From: an uncultured Chloroflexia bacterium
GTDB lineage: Bacteria; Chloroflexota; Limnocylindria; QHBO01
Length of the DNA stretch: 64,000 bases
NCBI GenBank assembly: GCA_963827475.1
Contig: CAWHAZ010000007.1
Location: 64,001 to 128,000, forward strand
Direction: 5' to 3'
Below the pieces are notes generated by a model. That model saw only the letters and a list, made by a program, of their open reading frames with translations. It was not told where the DNA came from and did no database searches. The translations under genes and the position numbers were made by a program. The stretch's first letter is position 1. Every line of letters starts with the position of its first letter. Below, in pieces: positions 32,729 to 43,894 of the stretch.

Positions 32729-34261
32729 GGCTCCATCCAGCGCCGGTTACGTGGCCGGCTGACGGACCGCCACGTGTCGGCGAATCGGCTGCGCCCGTCA
32801 TGCGCGGCCTGCATCTCCCGCTCGATGACCCGGCCCGCGGCGACGATGAGCTCGAGGTCACCGTCGTGAGCGGCCGCCGCGGCGTGGGTCTCGGCAACGG
32901 CCACCACCGCGTCCTGGTGAGCGCCGAGCAGATCCTGCAGGCCCGCGAGCTCGCCGGCGAAGCCCTGCGCTCCCTCGGCCCGGTCCGGCGGGAGGCCGCG
33001 TGCCGCCAGCTCGGCGCCATACCGCGCGCGCTTGGCGGCGATGCGCACCGCGTGCAGCTCGGCATCGGTCGGATGCGGGCGAGCGGCGATCTTGTCCGCC
33101 CGGCGCTCGAGGCGGCGCCACGACTTTTCGGCGAGCGCCGGCAGGACGTCGCCCGCAGGCTCCATGCCGGCCGCGCTCAGCTCGGGGTCGCGGGCCAGGA
33201 CGACGAGGCGCTCGAGGAGCTGGGCATATCGGTCGGAGCGCATTTCTTCAAGAAGCACCGTGCGGGCGGTGGCGTGCCGCCGGCGCAGGTCGGTGAGCAT
33301 CGGACCCAGCGGAGTCATCAGGTCGCCGTGAGTAGACACCAGGTGGGTCAAAAGCACGTCAAGGTCGCGCACCGTGCCCAGCAGCCCGGCCAGCCGCTTC
33401 AGGTCTCCGTTCAAGCCGGGCGCCCAGTCCGGGCCGAGGAGGCGGCGCACGGTCCGCAGGTCGCTGCGCAGGCGGCGCACGCCGACCCGCAACTGGTGGA
33501 GTGCCTCCTCGTCGCCGAGCCGGGTGCCGGGGTCGTGCTTCACGATCCGCAGCAGTGCGTCGGCCAGGGCGGCCCGGACCGCCCATCCGGCGGCGTCCTC
33601 GGGGAGGAACTCGCGGAGGACCACGTCCGGGAGCCCGCTGGCGCCCGGGCCGAGCGCCCGAATGGCCTTGGGGACGGGCGCCGCTCCGACCGCGCCGGCT
33701 GCGATCAGCCTGGCGCTCACTGCGGCCGAGGTCGTCGGGCGACGCGCGTCGAGCCTCCAGCTCCAACTCGGTGAATTGGGACGTCACCTCCTCACCGTCC
33801 ATGACCAGCACGTCGTCGGTCGTGAGCTCGGCCAGGACCTGGCCGTCGAAGGCCACCAGCCGCCATCCGGTGCGCTGGGTGGCCAGGAACGCGGCAGCCG
33901 TGAGCGGGTGCGAACGGGCGTGGGCCGTGACGAGGTCCGCGAGCATGCCGGGCACGACATCGGGCGGCCCCTCGACCTCGATCTCGGACCGCGACCCTGG
34001 CCGGACACCGTCGCCCGCGGCCGCAGCCGCGGTGGTGCTCAGCGGCAGTCGCAGCGTCCACGGCAGCCGATCCCCGTCGCCGGTGCGGTGCCGGATGGTG
34101 ATGCCCCAGCGCGCGAGGCGGCGGTCCACGGTGTCGTAGTACGTCGAGCGCAGCTCGCGGCTGGGCACGGCCTGCATCCGCGCAACCGATCCGGCTCCCG
34201 TGAGGTCCGGCAGGACGAATGCCGGACCGACCGCGAATTTCAGCTCGAGGTCGTGGCTCAC
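32725..34261 (-). CDS. CYTH and CHAD domain protein; frameshift ~33725
   Basis: ELKF, YYDT and ELELE (CYTH); LHQLRVGVRRLRS, RDLDV, LHAVRIAAKRARY and QDLLGAHQD (CHAD). Confidence 0.87.
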
Positions 34262-36378
34262 GCCTGGAGGGTTTGGCGCATCAGCTCCTCCTGGAGGCTG
34301 ATCGGTTCACGCCCGCGGGCGACTCGGGCCCACTTGCCGCCCGGCCGCAGCGACCAGGCCTGCAACGTGTCCGCCCAGGCCAGGTCCAGGATGCCGTCCA
34401 GCCGCTCCTGGAGCGCGGGGTCGTCGACGCGGACCAGCGCCTCGAACCGGCGGTCGAGGTTGCGATCCATCATGTCGGCGCTGCCAATCCAGAACTCGGA
34501 CGCGTCGCCGCTCCCGAAGCGGTAGATCCTGGAGTGCTCCAGGAATCGGCCGACGATCGAGCGGACGCGGATCGTCTCGGACAGTCCCACCACGCCGGGC
34601 CGAAGAATGCACGGCCCCCGCACCAGGAGGTCCACCTCGACACCGCGCTGGGACGCGGCGTACAGCGCATCCACGATCCCCACGTCGACCAGCGCGTTCA
34701 TCTTCATCGAGATCCGTCCTGGTCGCTTCGCGGTCGAGCGCTCGCCCTCGCGCTCGATCATCTCCACCATCCGCCGCCGCAGGTTGAGCGGCGCAACGAT
34801 CAGGGCGTCGTATTCCGAGCGGCGCGAGTAGCCGGTCAGCATGTTGAAGAGGTGGGTGACGTCCTCGGTCAACTGCTCGTCCGCGGTCAGCAGGCCGAGG
34901 TCCTCGTAGATCCGGGCCGTGGCAGGGTGGTAGTTGCCGGTGCCGATGTGGACATAGCGACGGACGAGGCTGCCCTCCTGGCGCACGACCAGGCTGACCT
35001 TGCAGTGGGTCTTCAGACCGATGAGTCCGTACACGACATGGCAGCCGGCCTGCTCCAGCTTCCGGGCCCAGGCGATGTTCGCCTCCTCGTCCAGGCGGGC
35101 CTTGAGCTCGACCAGGACCACGACCTGCTTGCCGGCCGCGGCCGCCCGGATCAGGGCGTCCACGATCGGGCTTTCGCCCGACGTTCGGTACAGCGTCTGC
35201 TTGATGGCCAAGACCGATGGGTCCGTCGCTGCCTGGGCGATGAACGCCTGAACGGTGCCGGCGAAGGAGTCGTACGGGTGGTGGACGAGGATGTCGCCGG
35301 CGCGCAGGGCGCCGAAAACATCGGCCGGGCCTTCGGTGGTCGGGGCCAGCTCTCGGGGAATGACCGGATGGAACGGCGCGGGCTTGAGATCCGGCCGCTC
35401 GAGATTGACCAGGCTCCACAGGTCGGCCAGACCCAACGGCGCGGGAAGCTCGTGGACGTCCGCCGTCCCCATCTGCATCTCCCGCGTCAGCAGCGCGATG
35501 ACGTGGTCGGGCATCCCCTGCTCGACCTCGAGCCGGACGGCTCGCGAGAACCGGAGCCGGCGCAGCTCCTCCTCGATCGTCTCCAGCAGGTCCTCCGCCT
35601 CGTCGTCGTCGATCTCGAGGTCGGAGTGGCGGGTCACACGGAAGCTCCACGACTCGGCGATGACCATGCCGGGGAACAGGCTGTCGAGGTTGGCGGCGAT
35701 CACGTCCTCGAGAGGCACCCAGGCCGGCCCGTGCCCGTTGCCCTCAGCGAACATGAAGCGCGGCAGGAGCGGCGGCACCTTGATCCGGGCGAACAGCCGG
35801 CGGCGACTCGCCTGGTCGCGCACGAGCACGGCCAGGTTGAGCGACAGGTTCGAGATGTACGGGAACGGGTGCGCGGGGTCGACCGCCAGCGGGGTGAGGA
35901 CCGGGAAGATCTGGACCTCGAACGTCTCGCGCAGCGCGGCCTGCGCGTCGTCGTCGAGATCGGACCAGTGGACGATCGGGATCCCGGCTTCCGCGAGCGC
36001 CGGCCGGAGCTCATCGGTGAACAGTGCCGCATGACGGGCGGCGAGCTTTCGCACGCGCCGGTCGATGCGGGCCAGCTGCTGGGCAGCAGTGAGGCCGTCG
36101 GGCGAGGCGGTGAGCGTTCCGGCGGCGACCTGCCGTTTCAGGCCGGCAACCCGGACCTGGTAGAACTCGTCGAGGCTGCCGGCCACGATGGCGGCGAACT
36201 TCGCCCGCTCCAGCACGGGCGAGTCGGGATTCTCGGCCTGCGCCAGCACGCGCTCCAGGAACTGGAGGGTGGACAGCTCACGGTTGAGGTACCGATCCGG
36301 GGCAGCCGGCTCCGATCGGGTCGCGGCAGCTGGGCGTGCCCCGACCGCCGGGCTCCGCGGTCGTGTGAGGGTGGCCAT
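34258..36378 (-). CDS. ppk1: Polyphosphate kinase 1
   Basis: YLNRELS, LDEFYQVRV, HPFPYIS, HHPYDSF, KTHCK, TGNY, SIVGRFLEHSR. Confidence 0.96.
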   Translation of the reverse strand: MATLTRPRSPAVGARPAAATRSEPAAPDRYLNRELSTLQFLERVLAQAENPDSPVLERAKFAAIVAGSLDEFYQVRVAGLKRQVAAGTLTASPDGLTAAQQLARIDRRVRKLAARHAALFTDELRPALAEAGIPIVHWSDLDDDAQAALRETFEVQIFPVLTPLAVDPAHPFPYISNLSLNLAVLVRDQASRRRLFARIKVPPLLPRFMFAEGNGHGPAWVPLEDVIAANLDSLFPGMVIAESWSFRVTRHSDLEIDDDEAEDLLETIEEELRRLRFSRAVRLEVEQGMPDHVIALLTREMQMGTADVHELPAPLGLADLWSLVNLERPDLKPAPFHPVIPRELAPTTEGPADVFGALRAGDILVHHPYDSFAGTVQAFIAQAATDPSVLAIKQTLYRTSGESPIVDALIRAAAAGKQVVVLVELKARLDEEANIAWARKLEQAGCHVVYGLIGLKTHCKVSLVVRQEGSLVRRYVHIGTGNYHPATARIYEDLGLLTADEQLTEDVTHLFNMLTGYSRRSEYDALIVAPLNLRRRMVEMIEREGERSTAKRPGRISMKMNALVDVGIVDALYAASQRGVEVDLLVRGPCILRPGVVGLSETIRVRSIVGRFLEHSRIYRFGSGDASEFWIGSADMMDRNLDRRFEALVRVDDPALQERLDGILDLAWADTLQAWSLRPGGKWARVARGREPISLQEELMRQTLQA

Positions 36379-36425
36379 TGGGCTCCGTAGCGTACGCAGC
36401 CGGTGGGAAGGGGTCAATGAACGGC

Positions 36426-36453
36426 GGTCCGGGGGACAACCGTCCCCCGGACC
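36426..36453. terminator. Perfect 12-bp hairpin
   Basis: GGTCCGGGGGAC-AACC-GTCCCCCGGACC between the 36487 gene end and the ppk1 start. Confidence 0.65.
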
Positions 36454-36486
36454 AGCGGGGTTTGCGGCGGGTCCGGCCCGCGGCGG

Positions 36487-37071
36487 CTATCCCTGGGCGG
36501 AAGCTTCCCGCCGTCGGTTCCTGGCCACGATCCCCCCACCGAGCGCGGCGGCCAGCGTGGCGATTGCGGCCAGCGCCACCCACGGCAGGACGGGGAGCCC
36601 CGGGATCGCCGACGGGGCCCCAGCGGGTGGTGCCGCCCGAGGCCCGACCAGGATCGGGTCGAGGGTCAAGCTGCCGGCGAAGTCCGGACCGGCAATGTCG
36701 GCGGCGAGCGCCCAGGTTCCTCCGGCCGGCAGCTCGACGGTCGCCTCCCAGCGGCCGACGAGCGACGTCGGCGTGGCGTCGACCCGCAGCACGGTGCCGT
36801 CGCCCACACTGCTGAACACGATCGCGACGTGGTCCGCCGCGTACGGCACCTCGCCGTCGTGGATCCAGACCCCCACCGTCTCGGTCGAGCCGGCGGTCAC
36901 GGATCCGCCGGGATCGAAGGTCGCAACCACGCCAGCCGGGCAGACCTCTTCCGGATTGTGCTGGCACTTGCCCAGCACGCCCCCGGCCGTGGCCAGGACC
37001 AGGCCGGTGGCGGCGACCAGCGGCACGAGCGCTCGCCGGACGAGCGCGAGCTGGCGAATGGAATGTGACAC
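36487..37071 (-). CDS. Exported, C-terminally membrane-anchored protein with a predicted beta-rich domain
   Basis: Signal-like N-terminus; C-QHNPEEV-C; RWEATVELPAGGTW; Pro/Ala linker; TM helix plus RNRRR tail; GAGGAG RBS. Confidence 0.72.
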   Translation of the reverse strand: MSHSIRQLALVRRALVPLVAATGLVLATAGGVLGKCQHNPEEVCPAGVVATFDPGGSVTAGSTETVGVWIHDGEVPYAADHVAIVFSSVGDGTVLRVDATPTSLVGRWEATVELPAGGTWALAADIAGPDFAGSLTLDPILVGPRAAPPAGAPSAIPGLPVLPWVALAAIATLAAALGGGIVARNRRREASAQG

Positions 37072-37110
37072 GGCAGGCTCCTCATCGGTGCAGAGGTGGT
37101 GATGCGACCC

Positions 37111-37137
37111 ATACACCGGGGCCTCGCCCCCGGTTCC
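37111..37137 (-). promoter_or_regulatory. ECF-type promoter for the exported-protein gene
   Basis: GGAACCGG-N11-CGGTGTAT on the minus strand. Confidence 0.78.
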
Positions 37138-37177
37138 CCGGAGGGCGAACTCCATACTGCCCCGATGCGCGGTGTCG

Positions 37178-37204
37178 GGAACCGGTCGGGACCCAGCGGT
37201 GTAT
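37178..37204 (+). promoter_or_regulatory. ECF-type autoregulatory promoter
   Basis: GGAACCGG-N11-CGGTGTAT directly upstream of the sigma gene. Confidence 0.78.
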
Positions 37205-37216
37205 CGGTCCTGCCGG

Positions 37217-37774
37217 GTGGAGGGCTGTCCACTGTCCGACAGTGAGTTGATGGAACGGGCGCGGCGCGGAGACGTCGCGGCCTACGAGGAGCTCGTGCGC
37301 CGATACGAGGAAGTCGCCTTTCGGACCGCCTTCCTGGTGTGCGGCGATGCCGACGAGGCTCGCGACGCCGCCCAGGAAGGGTTCGTCCGTGCCTGGCGGG
37401 CGCTGCCGCGCTTTCGGAGCGGGGCGGAGCCGCGTCCGTGGCTGCTGCGCATCGTGGCCAACGCCGCTCGCAACCGTCGGCGTGGCTCGTCGCGGCAGGC
37501 CGCGCTGGGCCTCCGCCTGGCGGAGGACCCCCTCTCGGGCGGTGCAGCCCCATCGCCCGAGGGGTCGGTCCTGGCCGGGGAGCGGCGCGAGGCGCTGCTG
37601 GCCGCCATCGAGCGGCTGCGTCCCGAGGACCGGCTGGTGATCAGCCTTCGCTGGTTCGTGGAGCTCGACGAGGCGGAAATGGCGGCCGCGCTCGACGTCC
37701 CGCGGGGGACGGTGAAGTCCCGGCTGTCACGGGCCATGGGCCGGCTGCGGAACGAGGTCGGGACCGATGTCTGA
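37217..37774 (+). CDS. ECF RNA polymerase sigma factor
   Basis: DAAQEGFVRAW, WLLRIVAN (region 2); GTVKSRLSRA (region 4). Start uncertain. Confidence 0.92.
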   Translation: MEGCPLSDSELMERARRGDVAAYEELVRRYEEVAFRTAFLVCGDADEARDAAQEGFVRAWRALPRFRSGAEPRPWLLRIVANAARNRRRGSSRQAALGLRLAEDPLSGGAAPSPEGSVLAGERREALLAAIERLRPEDRLVISLRWFVELDEAEMAAALDVPRGTVKSRLSRAMGRLRNEVGTDV

Positions 37775-38559
37775 CCGATTCGCGCGCTCGCCGGAGGCCG
37801 CCCGTGAGGCCGCCCTGGCGTCCGCCCTGACCGACCTCGCCGCCACGGTGCTCTTCCCGCCGACGCCGCGGCTGTCCGACGTCCGTGGTCGCGGAGCTGC
37901 TGCAGCCCGCCCGCGGCGGATGGTGGCCGCGACCCGCGTCCATCGGCCGTGCCCTCGTCCTCGGCTCGGCGGCGGCCGTCCTGGCCGTCGGCGTGGTCGG
38001 TGCGATCGGCATCGGTCTCGGTGCGATCCGGATCAACTTCGCGGACGGGACACCGCTGCCCACCCCGGTTGGATCGGTCCCCAACCGGGGTTTCGGGCAG
38101 CCCGTCACCCTGGACGAGGCGCAGGCCGCGGTCCCGTTCGACATCCGGCTGCCCGACGATCCGGAGCTCGGCGACCCGGACGGCGTGTATCTCGCCCCGG
38201 TCCCGGCCGGCGGAACGGTGACCCTGGCCTGGGGCGATCGGCCCTCCTTCCCGGCGGACGAGGACGGCATCGGGCTGGTCATCACCCAGTTCCGCGCCGA
38301 CATCGGTCCGGAGACCTTCGAGAAGCTGATCCTGGAGGGAACGAGCGTCGAGAAGGTGACGGTCAACGGCCAGCCGGGCTGGTGGGTGGAAGGCGGCGTC
38401 CACGCGTTCTTCTACCGCGACGCCACCGGCGAGATCGTGGACACCACCCTGCGACTGGTCGGCTCGACGCTGCTGTGGGAGGAGGCCGGCGTCGCCTACC
38501 GGGTCGAGGGGGCGCCGAGCCTGCAGGCCGCGCAGAAGGTCGCCGCGTCCCTCCGCTGA
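37767..38559 (+). CDS. Putative single-TM anti-sigma factor; frameshift ~37880
   Basis: Overlaps the sigma stop; short cytoplasmic part, one TM helix, extracellular domain with VTVNGQPGWW. Confidence 0.72.
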
Positions 38560-38681
38560 CGCCGTCCTCGCCGATGCCCGGAGGCGGCAGAGGCCCATGC
38601 TAGACTCCGAACCACCGGCCGCCATCCCGCTTCGGAGGCGGTCGTCCGTCTGCCTTCCACCTTCCAGGGATCCTGTCCTTC

Positions 38682-39845
38682 ATGAAGATCGCCGTCCCGC
38701 GCGAAACCGCCGAAGGCGAGGCACGCGCGGCCCTCACTCCGCAGATCGCCGGCCAGCTCGTCGCGGCCGGCAACGAGGTGCTGGTCCAGGCCCGCGCCGG
38801 TGAGGCGGCACACTTCTCGGACGCGGCATATGCCGAGGCGGGCGCCACCATCGTTCCCGACGTCGCCGCCCTGTACGGCCAGGCGGAGCTCGTGCTGCGC
38901 GTCGGCCGGCCGACCGACGAGGAGATCGACATGCTGCGGCCGGATGCGGTGCTGATCGGCACGCTGGGAACCCTCTCCAACCCGAAGCTGGCCGAGCGGC
39001 TGGCGGAGCGGGGGATCACCGCCATCAGCATGGATGCCATTCCCCGCATCACCCGCGCCCAGTCCATGGACTCGCTCTCGTCGCAGAGCACGGTCGGCGG
39101 GTACAAGGCGGTTCTCCTGGCCGCGACCCGGCTGCCGAAGTTCTTCCCGCTGCTCACCACCGCGGCGGGCACCGTCCGTCCGGCTCGGGGACTGATCATG
39201 GGGGCGGGGGTGGCAGGGCTGATGGCCATCGGTACCGCCCGGCGGCTGGGTGCGGTGGTGGAGGCGTTCGACGTGCGGCCGGTGGTCAAGGAGCAGGTCG
39301 AAAGCCTGGGGGCCACCTTCGTCGAGGTGCCGATGACCGACGAGGAGAAGGCGTCGGCCCAGACCGCGGGTGGCTACGCCCGCGAGATGAGCGAGGACTA
39401 CCAGCGGCGGCAGCGGGAGCTGATCGCCGAGCGGGTGCAGGCTGCCGACTTCGTCATCACCACCGCCCTCATCCCCGGCCGCCCCGCGCCCAAGCTCATC
39501 ACCGCCGACATGGTGCGGACCATGCAGGCGGGGAGCGTGATCGTGGACATGGCCGCCGAGGCAGGAGGCAACACCGAGCTGACCGAGCCCGGCAAGGAGG
39601 TCGTGGTCGACGGGGTGACGATCATCGGCCTCACCAACCTGCCGGCCACGGTCCCGACCCACGCCACCCAGATGTACGCCAAGAACGTCCAGACCCTGGT
39701 CGACCACCTCGTGCACGAGGGCAAGCTGACCCTGGACCTGGAAGACGAGATCACGAAGGGCGCGACGATCACCCACGGCGGCAAGGTCGTCCACGAGGCG
39801 ACCGCGGCCGCCCTGGCCGCGCAGTCGGGGGAGGCCAGGCCATGA
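38682..39845 (+). CDS. pntAA: NAD(P) transhydrogenase subunit alpha part 1
   Basis: PRITRAQSMD, GAGVAG, TTALIPG, GGN. Confidence 0.95.
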   Translation: MKIAVPRETAEGEARAALTPQIAGQLVAAGNEVLVQARAGEAAHFSDAAYAEAGATIVPDVAALYGQAELVLRVGRPTDEEIDMLRPDAVLIGTLGTLSNPKLAERLAERGITAISMDAIPRITRAQSMDSLSSQSTVGGYKAVLLAATRLPKFFPLLTTAAGTVRPARGLIMGAGVAGLMAIGTARRLGAVVEAFDVRPVVKEQVESLGATFVEVPMTDEEKASAQTAGGYAREMSEDYQRRQRELIAERVQAADFVITTALIPGRPAPKLITADMVRTMQAGSVIVDMAAEAGGNTELTEPGKEVVVDGVTIIGLTNLPATVPTHATQMYAKNVQTLVDHLVHEGKLTLDLEDEITKGATITHGGKVVHEATAAALAAQSGEARP

Positions 39846-40159
39846 CCGAGACCCTCGAGCCCCAGGCCCTGGTCGACGCCCTGTTCATCCTCGTCCTGGC
39901 CGCCTTCGTCGGCTACGAGATCGTGAGCAAGGTCCCGACCATGCTCCACACCCCGCTGATGTCGGGGGCGAACGCGGTCCACGGCGTGATCGTGGTCGGG
40001 GCGATCATCGTGACCGCCACCGCGGAGTCGCCGCTCCAGCTGGGCCTCGGCCTGGCCGGCGTCATCCTGGGCACGATCAACGTGGTCGGCGGATTCGTCG
40101 TCACCGATCGGATGCTCGAGATGTTCCGCGGCCGACGGGACGGCGAGAAGAAGCCATGA
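39842..40159 (+). CDS. pntAB: NAD(P) transhydrogenase subunit alpha part 2
   Basis: LHTPLMSGANA; GGFVVTDRMLEMF. Confidence 0.95.
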   Translation: MTETLEPQALVDALFILVLAAFVGYEIVSKVPTMLHTPLMSGANAVHGVIVVGAIIVTATAESPLQLGLGLAGVILGTINVVGGFVVTDRMLEMFRGRRDGEKKP

Positions 40160-41580
40160 CCGAGGACATGACCATCCTCGACCTGGCGACCTACGCGGTC
40201 TACCTCGTCGCATCGGTCAGCTTCATCCTGGCCCTGAAGTTCCTCGCCTCGCCGAAGACCGCCCGGACCGGGAACCTGCTCGGCGCGGCCGGCATGGCGC
40301 TGGTCGTGGGCTGGACGATCGCGACCACCGAGGGGCTGCTCGACAACTGGTGGGTGATCGCCGTCGGCGGCCTGATCGGGACCGTGATCGGCGTGATCGG
40401 TGCTCGCCGGGTCCCGATGACGGCCATGCCCCAGATGGTCGCCATCTTCAACGGCGCCGGGGGTGGGGCTGCGGCGGTGGTGGCGGTCTCCGAGTTCCTG
40501 ACGGCTACCGGCGAAGGCGGCCCTGGCGCGGGCCTGTTGCCGACCATTCCCATGATCGCCACCCTGCTCGGCGCAGTCATCGGTTCGGTGTCCCTCACCG
40601 GATCGGTCATTGCCTTCGGCAAGCTCCAGGGCTTCATCGCCGCCCGGCCGGTGACCTATCCCGGCTCGCGACTGGTGGCCGGGATCCTGCTGGCGGCGCT
40701 GCTGGTGATGGCCGTCGCGCTCGCCTTCGTCACCAACGACGTGACCCTGTTCCTCGTCTTCGTCGCCCTGGCCCTCGTGGCCGGGGTGCTGATCGTGATG
40801 CCCATCGGCGGGGCGGACATGCCGGTCGTGATCAGCCTCCTGAACTCGTACACCGGCATCGCGGTGGCGGCCACCGGGTTCGTGCTCGGCAACTACGCCC
40901 TGCTCATCGCCGGAACCCTGGTCGGAGCTTCGGGCGCGATCCTCACCCAGCTCATGTGCCGGGCCATGAACCGCTCGCTGCTCAACGTCCTGTTCGGGGC
41001 GTTCGGGACCGGGGGCGGGGCACAGGTCGCCGGCGCGGCGGGAGAGCAGAACGTCCGCACCATCAACGCGGAGGACGCCGCGGTGCTGATGGCGTATGGC
41101 AAGAGCGTGATCATCGTTCCCGGCTACGGGATGGCGGTGGCCCAGGCCCAGACCCCGGTCCGCGAGCTGATGGACCTGCTGCTGGCGAAGGGCGTAGACG
41201 TCCAGTTCGCCATCCACCCGGTCGCCGGGCGGATGCCGGGCCACATGAACGTGCTGCTGGCCGAGGCCAACGTCCCGTACGAGCGGCTCAAGGAGATGGA
41301 CGAGATCAACGACGACTTTACGAACGCCGATGTCGCACTCGTGATCGGCGCCAACGACGTCACCAACCCGGCGGCCCGGACCGATACGACCTCACCGATC
41401 TACGGCATGCCGATCCTCAACGTGGACCATGCCCAGAACGTGATCGTCCTGAAGCGGTCGATGGCGGCCGGTTTCGCGGGCATCGACAACCCGCTGTACG
41501 GCGATCCGAAGACGGCGATGCTGTTCGGGGACGCCAAGTCGACGGTCCAGGCCCTGGTCGCCGGGGTCAAGTCCGCCTGA
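40156..41580 (+). CDS. pntB: NAD(P) transhydrogenase subunit beta
   Basis: IGGADMPVVISLLNS, PGYGMA, HPVAGRMPGHMN, GANDV. Confidence 0.96.
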   Translation: MTEDMTILDLATYAVYLVASVSFILALKFLASPKTARTGNLLGAAGMALVVGWTIATTEGLLDNWWVIAVGGLIGTVIGVIGARRVPMTAMPQMVAIFNGAGGGAAAVVAVSEFLTATGEGGPGAGLLPTIPMIATLLGAVIGSVSLTGSVIAFGKLQGFIAARPVTYPGSRLVAGILLAALLVMAVALAFVTNDVTLFLVFVALALVAGVLIVMPIGGADMPVVISLLNSYTGIAVAATGFVLGNYALLIAGTLVGASGAILTQLMCRAMNRSLLNVLFGAFGTGGGAQVAGAAGEQNVRTINAEDAAVLMAYGKSVIIVPGYGMAVAQAQTPVRELMDLLLAKGVDVQFAIHPVAGRMPGHMNVLLAEANVPYERLKEMDEINDDFTNADVALVIGANDVTNPAARTDTTSPIYGMPILNVDHAQNVIVLKRSMAAGFAGIDNPLYGDPKTAMLFGDAKSTVQALVAGVKSA

Positions 41581-41584
41581 CCAA

Positions 41585-42866
41585 TCAGCGGTTGACGCGG
41601 ACCGCCTTCCACACGCTCCGCAACCCGGCCTTCTGGCCGTAGAGCAGGACGCCAGCCGAGTAGATGCGGGCCGCGACCCACAGCGCGATGAACGCACCCA
41701 GCATGAGGAACGCGAACGACAGGGCGATCTCCCATGGCTCGATGAGGCCGAACACCAGGCGAGTGGGGATGAGGTACGGCGAGAAGAACGGGACGAACGA
41801 CAGGACCTGGACCCAGTCCGCGTCCGGCGCGTTCAGCGCGGCGAACGCGATGAGGTACCCCGCCACCCCGACGATGATCATCGGTCCGGTGATGGTCTGG
41901 ACGTCATCCACCCGATTGGCCGTCGAGCCGAGGGCGGCGTAGAGGGTCGCGTACAGCCCGAACCCGCCGACGAAGAACAGGCCGACCACGAACAGCACGC
42001 CGATGGTCAGGCCCTGCAGCTCGAGGGGCTCACCGCTGGACTCGCCGAGGATGAGCCGGCTGATGGTGCCCTGCAGCACGAGACCGCCGAGCGCCGCCGC
42101 GACGATGACGACGTACTGGAGCAGGCCGGCGCCACCGGCGCCCACGACCTTGCCCAGGAGCAGCTGGCGGGGGGTGGCGGCGGTGATCAGCAGCTCCATG
42201 ACCCGGCTCGACTTCTCCTCCGCCACCGAGGTGGCCACCCACTGGCCGTAGGTGATGATCGCCATGAACATCAGCACCAGCAGGGCGGTGGCCAGCAGGT
42301 AGCGCGGGCCGAAGTTCTCCTCCGGGTTGACGGCATCGGGGTCGACCGGCGTGACCACGAACGCGGTGGGGCCGAGCATCTCGCCCACGTCGTCCGGGAT
42401 CGATCCCCGCCCGGATCAGCCGGTCGGCGGCCACGACCTGCTGCGCGGCGGCCTGGACGCCAAAGACCAGGCTGCTGACCTGACCCTCGGCGGTGAACAG
42501 GTCGAAGGTCAGGTCATCGTCCTCGCCGCGATCCACCGTCACCAGCCCGTCGCGCTCTCCCGCCTCGACCGCGTCCCGCTCGGCGTCCGGATCGGTGACC
42601 AGCTCCGCGGTCACGCCGGACTGCTCCATCGCGTTGAGGGTCGCGACCAGGGCGGCGGCCCCCTCCTCGGCCTCGGGGACGGCGGCGTAGACCGACACCG
42701 ATGAGGGCTCGTCCAGGCCGAGCGCGCTGACCCCGATCGGCAGCAGGGCCAGCCCGAGGCCGACCAGGGCCAGGATCAGGGTCACGACCTGGAAGGCGCG
42801 GCTTCGGACCCGCAGCTGGAACTCCCGAACGGTCACGGTCCAGGCATTCGGGAACAGGCCGAGCAT
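41585..42866 (-). CDS. ABC-2 permease (NatB/YhaP-like); frameshift ~42400
   Basis: SVAEEKSSRVMELL, LLLGKV; large extracellular loop. Confidence 0.87.
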
Positions 42867-43824
42867 CACGTCCGCTCCTGCGCCGGGGCCAGGTGTCGCT
42901 CCTCGGATTCCTCCGCGGGGCGCCCGACATGCTCGATGAACACCTCTTCCAGCGAGGGATCGGTGATCTCGAATCGGGTCACCCGCTCGCCGCGCTCGAG
43001 GGCGGCCGTCAGCAGGGAGGCTGGATCGGTTTCGCGGCTGACATGCAGCTCGAGATAGTCCTCGCCGCGACGGGTCAGCGACACGCCCGGCATCGACTCG
43101 ACCCACGCCAGGCCGTCGGTTCCATCGGCTCCGTCGGTCGACAGGCGGACGACCTGCCGGTTCATGGCCCGCTTCACGTCGCGAACGTGGCCGCCGACCA
43201 CCACCTTGCCGCGGTCGACGATCACGATCGACTCGCACAGCTCCTCGACCGTCTCCATCTGGTGGGTCGAGAAGATCAGCGCCTTGCCCCGACGCCGCAT
43301 CTCGAGGAATGCCTCCTTGAGCAGCTGGACGTTGACCGGGTCGAGGCCGTTGAACGGCTCGTCCATGATCAGCACGTCGGGGTCGTGGAGGATGGCGGCG
43401 ATGAACTGGATCTTCTGCTGGTTGCCCTTGGACAGCTCCTGGACCCTGCGGTCGCGGTAGTCCGGGATCCGGAACCGCTCCAGCCAGTCCTCGACGTCAC
43501 GCGTCGCCTCCTGGCTGGGCACGCCGTACAGCCGCGCGAAGAAGCGCAGGACGTCCATCACCGCATGTTCAGGTAGAGGCCGCGCTCCTCGGGAAGGTAG
43601 CCCCAGGTCCGGCGCGGGACCTCGGTGTTCGGCCTGCCCTGCCAGGTCACGGAGCCGGAGTCCGCACGCAGGATGTCGAGCACGATCCGCATCGACGTCG
43701 TCTTGCCGGCGCCGTTCGCCCCCAGCAGGCCGAAGACCCGGCCCGGCTCCGCGGTGAAGCTCACCCCGTCCAGGGCCACGATCTCGCCGAACCGCTTGCT
43801 GATGGTATCGACGACCAGGCTCAT
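42866..43824 (-). CDS. ABC transporter ATP-binding protein; frameshift ~43560
   Basis: GANGAGKTT, GYLPEERGLY, LSKGNQQK, DEPF. Confidence 0.9.
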
Positions 43825-43894
43825 GGACGACCGATGCTACCCGCTGTCGGTTCAGCCCGTGTCAACCGCAACAGCCAACCGGTAGAGTCCGCGG

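Noticed and set aside
38682-40159. Split pntA as a frameshift or novelty
   Set aside because: Split PntAA/PntAB is a known architecture, and the genes have a normal ATGA overlap.
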